DNA from: Vitrella brassicaformis CCMP3155
Lineage: Eukaryota; Protista; Chromerida
NCBI GenBank assembly: GCA_001179505.1
Contig: CDMY01000718.1
Span: forward strand, 62,001-126,000
DNA length: 64,000 nt
Direction of reading: 5' to 3'
The notes under the pieces are model-generated. The model saw only the letters and a program-made list of their open reading frames with translations. It ran no database searches and was not told where the DNA came from. Position 1 is the first letter of the stretch. Every line of letters starts with the position of its first letter. The translations under genes and the position numbers were made by a program. Positions 25,324-35,996 of the stretch are shown in pieces.

Positions 25324-26015
25324 GATCTCTCTCTGTGCGATGAATGGCTAAGTCGTCTGGACCATCTCGACTCGACAGCTGCCGCCCACCTGCAGCACAC
25401 ACGCCATCCGTCAAGCCATGAATCGCGCGTGTGTGCGTGTCCATGAAGGGTCATCCATCCATCCATCGCCATGGCTTACCGGCGAGAGGCTCTCTGGTGA
25501 GGCTGCTGATCGAAATGCGCTAACCACAGCACTCACGCTGCTCACGTGAGCCCAACCAAGGTGTAGAAGGGCGCTACTTCCTCCCTCTCAACGCGAGCTG
25601 TAGCGATAGCTGGCGATCCATCACAGGACTGCCGCAGCTGGATGGATGGATACGGTGCCGCCCAGCTCATGTGTGCTTGTTGTGCCGCTGTGTCTGCTGT
25701 GTTGCTGCAGATCTCTTCATTCATCTCACCACAAGCCAAGATCTCGGTGGACATGGCTCTGGTGCTGACAAGGCAAGTGCCCGACGATCCACTGACGCTC
25801 GGGAGGAGAGAGGGGAGGGAGGGAAAGGGGCGGAGCGGAAATTCCATTACCCGTTCTGTCGTGTGTTTCAGGTGCGGGAGCCTCGTTTGGTCTCGTCTCC
25901 ACGACAAAACGTCAGCCAGGAAAGTCCGACGACACACACACGACACGACAGGAGCGAAAGCAGCCAAGTGCAGGAAGGTTTTCGTTGTTTCGCCGAGCGT
26001 TTCCTCACAAGGGAG

Positions 26016-29000
26016 ATGGCGCTTGAAGAGAGCACAATTGCGTCAGACACGGAGGTGCCGTCGAAGTCCCGCCTATGTCAAGATCTGCGGCTCACGGAGG
26101 CGGAGGAGTCGCTGTTCGAGCTGCTGCTGAATGTGGTCAGGGACAAGGATCTTGACACCACGCTGCGTGTGGCGGGCGGCTGGGTACGGGACAAGCTGCT
26201 GCACTTGGGGGACACCGCCTCGCACGACATCGACATTTCTGTGGAGGGAATGCTGGGGCGCCAGTTCGCCGAGCACCTCAATGAGTGAGTGAGCGAGGGA
26301 GTAGTGGACGCACTCCTGGAAGGGCCGCCGTCAGTGTGTGTGTGTGTGTGTGTGTGTACACATGCAGCTGGTTGAAGACCCGTGGGCTCCCGCCCCGCAA
26401 GATAGGCGTGATGGCGGGGAACCCCGAGTCGAATAAGCCTGAGAGGGCGACGCTCAGGCTGAAGGGTGTTCAGGTGGATTTCGTCAACCTGAGGACCGAC
26501 TTCGGCACGGAGGACTCGGGGATGCCCTCGGTTTGCCAGACAGGCAAACCTGGAGGAGCTTCTGTCGCCTGTGTGGTCGACGCCTATCCTCGAGACCTGA
26601 CGATCAATGCCCTCTTCTACAACCTGCACGACAAGAAAGTGGAAGACTTCACCGGTCGGTCTGTGAAAAGAGTGACGGACAGAGAGACAGGCCGCTGACT
26701 GATCCACGCTGCGCTGTGCTGCGTTGTACTGCAGGTCGTGGTATCGAGGATCTGAGAGATGGTGTCCTGCGAACACCACTGGACCCCGCCAAAGCGCTGC
26801 TCGAAAACCCCCTGTGCGTGCTCAGGACCATCAGGTGAACGCACAGACATCTGATGGCTGCCGCATCTGAGTCACCCGGCACATGTCATATGTGCTTTGA
26901 TCGGGCTTTGCAGATTTGCGTCTCGTTTCGGTTTTCGCATCTCGCGTGAGCTCGAGACAGCCTGCCGCGATGCGGGGGTACACCAAGCGCTCGCAGACAA
27001 GGTAAGGTGGTGACGAACTGCACACACAGGCATATCACATCACACATGACTGATGGCGGGCACACGCTGTCTGTCTGCAGGTCTCCCGGGAGCGCATAGG
27101 TGCCGAGCTGGACAAGATGATGAGCTGCAGCGACCCTGTTCAGTGTCCCTGGCAGCTGCTCACCTCCTTCGGGCTGGCCCCCGTCCACTTCTTGCAGCCA
27201 GACAGGATACAGTGGAGCCCCGAGCTGCTCGACCGCTACGTGAGGTCCTCAAAGTCGCCCAACCAGATGTGTGTTGACGGGGTCCTCAGCGATGGCCTGA
27301 TGACCGTCAAGAATCTGCACAGTGTGATGAAACAGTATGTCATCAACGACGCACACTCGACGTACTTCCGGGCACAGAAAGGGGGATTGTGTTGTGTGTG
27401 TGTGTGGGTTTGTAGGTTTGTTGAGCAGTGGGAGCCTGATGAGAAGAAATTGATGAGCTACGCGGCATTCCACGCGCCCCTCGCCGGTCCGAACACACAC
27501 AGAGACTCATTGACTCACGTGAAGGCACACACATCTGGAACGAACGCACTGCTTCATCTGGACCAGGTCTCTCTCTCTGTGTGTGTGTCTGATTACTTAC
27601 CGTTTGTGTGCGTGTGCAGGTCTGCATTATAAGGTTGACAAAGGCAGACCCGCGCCCCTTATCAGCCACCTTCTGGGCAGCCGTCTCAAGCTGCCAAGAC
27701 AGGTCGCACAACGGTGAGAGGCTGAGCAGACCACGACAGACCGAGCAACACACAGCACCTCCAGAGTACCCTCCAACTGCTTCCTTTCTTGTTGTGTATT
27801 CAGCGTGGCTCTCATCTTGTCGACAGCTCTCGAGTTCCAGCGACTCGTCGGGGAGCGGGCCGAGGGAGCCTGCCCGCCGCCTCCAAAGACCGACGCAGCC
27901 GCCCGATCTTCTGCTGCATCTCAGCGGTCGCAGTACGGCCGAGTGGATCTGGGCCTCATAGTCAGAAGAGCGGGGCAGCTGTGGAAGGTACGCACATACA
28001 CACACACACAGAGCAAGCAAGCAGCACTCGCGCTACCGACCTCTTGTGTGTATTGTGTGTCCCCAGGCATCCCTGGCGGTGGCAATGGCCGGGGCCATCG
28101 GCAAAACGCCCCTCGAGTCAGCCCAGCACCTGATGTCCGGCTACAGGGCCGTTGAGGAGGCCGTCGATGACTTCGGCCTCATCGGTGTGTGGCTGCGAGA
28201 TCCGCCTCTGGGCGGGAAGGCGGTCAAGGATGTTCTGCCTTGTCTGCCGACGGGGCCCGAGCTCAACGAGATAATGAAGGAGGTAATGGACTCGCAGGTG
28301 GTGTGGATGCTGGCGCACCCTGACGGCACGGCCGATGAGTGCAGCGAGTTCATCAAAAGCGAATTCGGTCGGTTCTGTGGCGTATCACGCGCCGAGAGCC
28401 TCACGTCCTTGAGATACTACCGCTACGTCAGAGATGAGAGCCCCGATGATTCCTCACTCTATGGCGAGATCAGCCAAAGCGGAGAGTTCAGCAGCGAAGA
28501 GATGTTCGGCCCTGTGGTGGTGTCGTTTGATATCGACGGCACCCTGGCGAAGATCGAGAAGCGACTGGCGCTCAGACGGGTGCGTCTCTGGACACACACG
28601 ACAGGACAGAGGGAACACGGGACGTCCTGTTGTGCTGCCTGTGTTGTGTTGTCACTGTCACTGTGTGTGCGGTCAGGTCCACCGAAGCCAGAAGGATTGG
28701 GACGTGATACTTAGTGGCGACAACTACTACCTCGATGAGGTCAGTCAGTGACTCGTGGGCACACGAGACGCTCCATTCGCATGATACACATGCCTGCCTG
28801 CCTTCTGTGCTGTCTGTCATCTTTCGCTGCGGTGCCGCGTCATCGACACGACAGCCGATTCCTGAAGCCCGTGGTACGAGCAGACTGGCTAATGATCGAT
28901 GCACCCACAGCTGAGTCTGCTGCTGCGTTCAGCTTTCCTGCAACAGCTCGTCCAGCTGACCAGACACCATCCCACTGCCCCCTCCCCACCGGCCGACGGC

Positions 29001-29658
29001 GACCCTCCCTCGTCGCCCATCACCATTGTCTATCTATCGGGCCGTCGAGCGGGCACAGAGGTGCAGACCTCACAATGGCTGGCGGCCCACGGCTTCCCAC
29101 ATGGCGTGATATTCCACCGCCCCAAGGGCGTCAAGGGGGGTCTGTTCAAGGAGCGTGTCTTGAGGTGCCTCCACCAGCCGCCAATGAGGCACGTCATCGC
29201 TCATGTGGGCGACCGGCCGATGGAGGATGCTCTGGCCGCTGTCAAGACAGGTCGGTGCACATACACACACACACACACGGACGGAGGCAGACAGCTGGAT
29301 GTGATATGTGGCGGCTTCTGTTGCGTGCGCGGCAGGGGTGCGGCCCGTCTTGATTGCACCGAACGAGTGGACGGGCAGGGCCCATTCGGCGTCTCAGGAG
29401 TGCAATCGGCCGGCTGGATGGGTGAAGAGATCGACGCTCGAGAGCATCGTGGTGGCGCTGCTGGACGACGAGAGCCGTGAGGGCAAGCAGCCGTCGAGGA
29501 GCTCGCGGGAGGTGGCCGAGGGGCGCTCTTTGCTGCGCGAGTCGCCTTACTGGTCGAGTGGTTCGTGTGCTGACTTCTTCGCCCTCAATATGGCAGCGGA
29601 CTTCTGGGCACATATCAACACAGAGAGAGCGGGGGTGGGTCGTGCGAGTGAGGAGTGA
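26016..29658 (+). CDS. Class II (plant/fungal-type) CCA-adding tRNA nucleotidyltransferase-like protein fused to a C-terminal HAD-family 3'-phosphatase (T4 Pnkp-like)
   Basis: NTase motifs LRVAGGWVRDKLL, HDIDI, DFVNLR, RDLTINALFYN, RTPLDP, FASRF and VSRERIGAELDKM, plus the tail WMLAHPDGT. The same exon (ORF 28046-28714) continues into HAD motif I FDIDGTLAK. Later in-phase exons give YLSGR (II), FKERV (III) and GDRPMED (IV). A 5' extension upstream of 26016 is possible. Confidence 0.85.
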
Positions 29659-29834
29659 CCAGGGCGGGAATCATTGTGTGTTTTTCAAGTGATGGGTTCA
29701 GTACATTGTCGATGTGTGAATAAATTGTTTGTCCAATGCACTGGGGATGTGTTCGTTGAGCGGTTACAGCTGGACACAGCTAGACACAATACAGTACACG
29801 CACAGTGAATGTCCATTGCTCAGCCAACGCTGGG

Positions 29835-31762
29835 ATGGCGGCTGCACGTCCTTCTGATCATCAGACCCTGCAGCAGCAGAGCTCGAGAGGCATGGTCGTG
29901 TTGGGGATGGACCAAGAAGGTCGACAAACGGATGACGGCGAGCACCGCACAAACGACAAACCAACTCATCCGTATTTGCTGATATCGCCACTGTGGCAAT
30001 CTACAGGTCCGTTAACCGTGCTCAATGCCTTATCCTTTGGCAGTTCCTCCTCCTTCACGACGCGAGCTTTGGTCGACATGAATTTCAAGCTCGCACACAA
30101 TCTAAGGTCCAAGGCAGGTCAAAGCAGGGCAACACGACGCACGGGGCATGGAAGTGTGACATCTGGCGCGATCTGCATTGGAATGGCGTCAGCAGGCAGC
30201 CGGACCATCGCCGATGCGCTCCGCGCGTGTGATCCCCGCGACATTCTGGACATGTCATGCCGTGAGCCCGTCACCAACTCGCCCTTCGGCCACACGGCAG
30301 TGACCAAGCTGGAGATCTTCAGGCGGATACGGCAGCTGGGCATGAGGAATGTGGCAGCTCTTGCCTGGTATGACGACTACTGCCCGGTGGAGGACCAGTT
30401 CCTGCAGCTGCTGATGGCCGAGGAGCCTCGGCTAAATGGAATCGTCGTCATGTTCCCGGCAGGTCTGAGCACATGAGTGCATTCAAGCATTGTGGTGATT
30501 GAACCTTCTCATTACGTCTTGTGGTGTCTGTCTGCAGGTGACCAGTCGGCGCTCGCGAAGCTGCGGGCATCGTCCATCCCCAATGTGTTCATCGACGTCT
30601 ACCTCTCACCCCGCAATCAGCGCGGCGCTGTCGACGCATCAGTCAGCCCCCAGACCCACATCCAGCAGACCCTTCAGTCGATTCTGGAGCACTTCAAGGC
30701 CATCAACAGGCAGCGGCAGCCACCTCCAATCAACCTTGATGGGAAGTATCGCTACCACATCTACGTCAATCTGGTGGACCTGTGCGATGCGCCCATTGGG
30801 ACGCCGGCCACTGATGCCACCATCGCCTACCTCAAGGGAGCTAGTGCCGTGGTGCCCAACGTGACGCACATCTGTTTTGAGGAGTTCAGGGGCAATTGGA
30901 CGCACGAGAAATACGGAGAGGTGGCGGCCCTACTCAGGTGAAGTGTCAGCCGAAGCATTGCCAGCACGGCTGATGGATTGCAAATGCCTCTTGTCTGTTT
31001 TCATTCAGGTCGCATTTCCCTCGCGGCCGCTACAAGCTGCTCGTCCATGCCCACGCTGGCGCAGCGGCCAACGACACGGGCGCGTCCACTCTGGAAGCTG
31101 TCAAGCACGGGGCGGACGGCATCTGGTCGGCCTTTCTGCCCGACGCAGCCCAGATTGGCCACAACTCCTCCATTCGTTTCCTCAGCGACCTCTGGCACCA
31201 CGACCATCCCACTGTGGATCACTACTACTCATTCGACAAAGTGAGCAGACACACACGGGGAAAGATCGCTGAAGAATTTGGTGTGTCTTCGGTGCTTCAG
31301 ATGATCCCATTGGCGCGCGAGCTGCATGAGCTGAGCTTCCCGGGCGTCGCCATCGATCCGCTGTGCCCCATCTATGGCGTTCACGCCTCTGCCTGGGTCA
31401 ATCAGGCCTTCAGACACCAAGACAACTCGCCACACGCATTCCCGGCTCAACTGGTGAGCTACTTGCACGTTGATAAAATAGCAACCAACCCGATTGTGCC
31501 TGTCTGGTATGAATTCTCGTGTCAGTTTGGCGGTTGTAATCGTTCGCGCATCGCTCCAATGATCTCCGACGACGCCACGATTGCCGGGCGAGTGGGCGAG
31601 GTGGTCGGCAGGTCCTTTACCCGGCTGCCGCTCGAGAGGCAGCACGAGGTCGCTCGACGGATGCGTCGATGTATGCACGCCGTGCTGGCCGATGGGCGAC
31701 GATATGACTTTGATAATCCCGCTATCGTCAAGTGGATCTACCGACACGTATGTGACGACTGA
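29835..31762 (+). CDS. DRE-TIM metallolyase (HMGL-like/pyruvate carboxyltransferase fold) of an uncharacterised family
   Basis: ILDMSCREP...GHTAVTKLEIFRRIRQLGMRNV resembles the ILDxxLRxG...EEKLEIA..L..LG start of DRE-TIM barrels. LLVHAHAG...TLEAVKHGADGIWSAF carries the HxH metal motif and the AV.AGA.. strand. GT-AG introns are in phase. Confidence 0.65.
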
Positions 31763-31985
31763 CAGGCCATGAAAGCGAGTTTTCACCTGCTGTGGTTTCC
31801 TTCAGGTCTGTTCGCTGCGTGCTGATGAGGAAGTCACAGCCCCGTCGGCGCAGACAGCGCCTTTGCCGGCGATCCTCGACTCGCAGCCACTGCCTGGGAC
31901 TCAAAGGTGACGATGAAGGCAGCGAATTGCACTCATTGGAGTGACAATATTGTACGTTTCCTTTGTCAGGGTCGTTGGTGTGCCG

Positions 31986-34900
31986 ATGGCGTTGGAGGGT
32001 GACACCGCCATGGCTGACGAACAGAATATGGAGATCGATCCTTACTCAGACAGGTAAGCAACCACAGTCCTCGTCACTGCACGTCATCACGTCACGGTCA
32101 TGCTCCTTCTGTCCAGGTCATCTGACGCATCAGAGGGAGGCGGCGATGCATCCGCGATACATCCGGCCCCGCCGTCGACGGCTCTCCAGAGCCCCGACCA
32201 AGACTGGCGCAGCAGGCACAGCGGCCGGGCCAACACTGCGCCGTCTGAGCCGTACAAGACGCCTCCAAATACGATGCAGCCGTACGTCGCACCGCCGCAG
32301 CGGGGACGGCTGCAGAATCTCCCGATGGAGGGGGGCGTACCCCCTGCCCCCACACGTACGCCCACACCGACGCCCAAGCGCAAGACCAACCTCCACACCG
32401 TGACAGAGAAAGCCGAGGGTGAGGCGGGTCCACCACCACCCACAACAGCAGCTGTTGCTGAGCCTGCCCGGGCTCCTGGACCAGCAACAGCTCACGCACC
32501 CGCACCAGTGTCATCGTCAGCGCCACCCCACCAGCAGCAGGGGCCTCCTGACGTGATTCCTTACCAGCCGGCCGCCATGATGCCCCTCGTCACAGCCCGA
32601 CCCCAGCACGGCCAGGCCAGTGCGGCGTCGGCAAGAGCCGCACCAGAGAAGCTGCCGAGTTCCTCGGCGCACTTGCTGCGGACGGACCGAGCATCTTCAT
32701 CCTTTGTACGTCCGCCGCCACCCGACCACGGCTCACCTGCCAACGTCAAGGCTATCCTCACCCACCATGCGACGAGGTACGGACGCGTCAAGGAGCCCAA
32801 GGACGTCACCCGTCTGCTGAGCATGCTGCAGTCGGTCATGGGGACTCAGGGAATCTCATCGACCAAGGTCCGTGGCTTGGAGAAGATGATGACGCCCACC
32901 TATATCAGCGAGACGCCCACCTTCATCAGCGAGACGCCCACCTTCATCGACGAGACGCTGCCCGTCCTGTGCGCCGTCCTGTCCAAGAGCGAATTCAGCT
33001 TCCCCCTGCTGCCCCCATCCAGCCACCCACACAGTACAATGGAGAGAAAGATGACGGCTCGGCAGTGCTTCGCTCTCGTCGGTGCGGGCTTCCTCTGTCT
33101 GCACAAGCACTCGGATGGCAGCCTCAACTTCGATCGCCTTTTCGACAACCACACACCCTCTGGCAAGGCCAAGCTAGAGTGCCTCATCCACTACCTCAAC
33201 ACCATGGCGAGGGCGATCAGGCAGGGCAACATCACCGAGACGGAGAGAGTTGTCATCTTCCAAGCACTCGACAGTCCCGGGGCGGGGCTTCAGGATTTGG
33301 CGGGGCTGACCGCCCCTCTGATGGACGTGCACTTCATCCAGGGGACTAGTGAATCTATCTTCACCTCGAATGGCATCCGGGGTGACTTCGCCAATGCCCA
33401 CATCGGTGGCGGGACACTGGAAGACGGTTTAGGCACGCAGACCTGCACATGCACAGGCAAACATCTGCGCGCGCATCTGCATGTGTGTCTTCGCCTTGCT
33501 GTGTGTGTGTGTGTGCGGCCTGTCAGGTGCGATGGAGGAGGAGATTCTCTTCTCGACCGAGCCGGAGTGTCTCGTCGCCCGTTACCTATTCCCCAGGCCC
33601 ATGGGGCCCACTGAGGCCTTCATGATCGTCGGCTCCAAGACATTCAGCAAGACGACGCGCTACGGCCGTGGCCCGCTCCGCTTCGCCGGCCCTGCCCACG
33701 ACACCGCCACAATGAGACACATCGATGGCCATCCGGTTCTGAGCAAGTACATCGTGGCCTTCGATGCCGTCAACTTTGGCAAGCAGGGGGGCGGTCAGCA
33801 GTACGACGAGACGTGCGTGCTGCGGGAGCTCAACAAGGCATACACGGCCTTCCACTGCAACAGCCTGACGGTCGTCAGTGGCATGCCATTCGCGACGGGT
33901 GAGAAAGCCACACACACACACGCGACACTTCACCTGGGTGAGTCTGTGTCTGTGTATGTGTCCCTGCAGGCAACTGGGGGTGCGGTGTGTTTGGTGGCGA
34001 CCCACAGTGGAAGTTCCTCATCCAGTGGTGTGCTGCGAGTCTCGCTGGCCGACAGCTGCAGTACTACCCGCGAGGCGAGCAGAGCCTCATTGGCGCCGAG
34101 GACTTCATGCACAGGCTGAAGGACGCTGGATGCCGCACGGTGGGCGGGCTGGTCCAGCTGATGTGTGATGGGCGCACACGGAGGGCGGTCGGGCCTCACA
34201 TGTCGGCGTTCGATGCCGTCATGACGACTCTCATGGAGCGAAGCCGACCATCCCCACCACCACTGGTAAGCTGCTCCACACGCCTGTGCGAATCGATCAC
34301 ACTCTGTGTGTGTGTGTATGTCATAGCCTCGCACTCCATCCCCTCCACCATCCCTCCAGCAGCACTGGCATCCACCCGCACTGGCCGATTTGATGCCTCC
34401 GCCGCAGACCCAGGAAGCCCGCCAACACGACAAGGTGAGCCAAGCCGTTAAGTGGAGCTGCAAGACAGCAGATACATTGCTGCACTTGTGTGTGTGTCTG
34501 CAGGAAGTGTCTGCGGCGCCTCCAAAGGTGACGAGCGAGGCGGCGAGTGGCGACCAAAAAGAAGACGAAAGCCCGAGAGAGGTGCGTTGGCTGTGGATAT
34601 GTGCGCGTGAGCACCGACGTGGGTCTGTGTTTCGCTCTCCTGTGCCGTGGTTGGCAGGGTGGCTGTGCTCCGATGGAGGACACGACCGACACCAAGTCCA
34701 GCGTGGAGGGGGACGACGATATGGACATCGACACGGCCAAAGCGGCGGCGACGGATGAGGAAACCACACCGCTCCTCTCTGCAGCACAGAAGAGTGGCGA
34801 CAGCATGTAAGCACCCACAGAGACGCACACACCGCAGAGACCGGAGCGAACGGATCGTGGCTGTGTCTGTGTGCCTATGGTGGTGGTGCCAGGATCGATC

Positions 34901-35996
34901 ACATCTTCAAGTACGTGCCGACGGCGCACACTCGTCCCTCCAAGGTGGAGCTTAAGGGCTCGTTCGACGGCTGGCATGGCGAGTATCCGATGCACTGGTC
35001 TGCGGGGGAGCACAACTGCTTCGTGCTGCCCTTCCCGCTGCCGCCCGGCAGGTACACGTACAAGTTCATCGTCGACGGCAGATGGGTGTTTTCCAGCAAG
35101 CAGCCAACAGACCAAGATCGAGATGGCAATGCAAACAATGTCGTGGTCATCGGATAGACAGACACATCGATGCCATCGCAAGGCAAAGGATGCTAACAAC
35201 ACCACCTCCACTACCGAAGGTATTACCAGCCGCTTTTCCACGCCGGCCTGCGTCAATCAGATTTGAGTCCTTGCGTGTGTGCAGCCTCCCCTTCAATCAG
35301 GAACCAACAAACGAGCAAGCACACAGGGGAACCAGCCATATCTGCACGCTGCTCCAGCTCAGACCCCCCCAGCCTCATCCTTTGCTGCATCGCTCGTCTT
35401 TGCTCCGACTCCGGCTCCCTCGACCTCCGCTGCTCCGGCTCCCGAAGGCCGAGGGCAAGGGCTGGCAGCACGACCACCGACACACAAACGTGACGGATAC
35501 GGCATGGTGACGCCGCCTATGGTGAGATCCAAGCTGGAGACAGCTCGCACGTTGCTGCCCTTATGTTGGTACGTGTGTCAGGCAAAGTCTGCATCGGAGA
35601 GTCACGGCAGGATGGACGTCGACACGGCCAATGCGGGCGGCAACAAGTGAGCATGCACAAAGACGAGGGCACACACAGCGCTGGGAAGAAAGGGGCGTTT
35701 CTGGCTGTGTTGTCAGGGTCAACCATGTATTCGAGTACGTGCCGATGAAGCATCGTCGGCCCGCTAAGGTGGAGCTCAAGGGCTCTTTCGACGACTGGCG
35801 CAGTCGTTACGAGATGCACTGGTCGCCCGAGAAGAAATCCTACGTGCTGCCTCTCTCGCTGCCCCCTGGCAAGCACACCTACAAATTCATCGTCGATAGC
35901 ATGTGGACATGTGCATACACGAAACCGAAGGACGAAGACCGACACGGGAATATCACTAATGTCGTCACCATCCGGCCAGACGGACAGGCAGTGTGA
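31986..35996 (+). CDS. PARG: Poly(ADP-ribose) glycohydrolase with C-terminal CBM48 (AMPK-beta-type glycogen-binding) domain(s)
   Basis: KAKLECLIHYL, DFANAHIGGGTLEDG|AMEEEILF, IVAFDA, RELNKAYTAF, ATG|NWGCGVFGGDPQWKFLIQWCAAS. Phase-compatible linker exons lead to KVELKGSFDGW...LPPGRYTYKFIVDGRW...DGNANNV, with a stop at 35157. A second CBM48 exon lies at 35717-35996. Confidence 0.85.
32892..32954 (+). repeat. Coding tandem repeat, 3 x 21 nt (TPTYISE-TPTFISE-TPTFIDE) inside PARG
   Basis: acgcccacctatatcagcgag / acgcccaccttcatcagcgag / acgcccaccttcatcgacgag read directly. Confidence 0.95.

Noticed and set aside
26016-35996. Bacterial contamination or an operon-like insert, given three co-oriented enzyme genes with prokaryote-like domains
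   Set aside because: All three genes have multiple spliceosomal introns with the same microsatellite style as the rest of the window.
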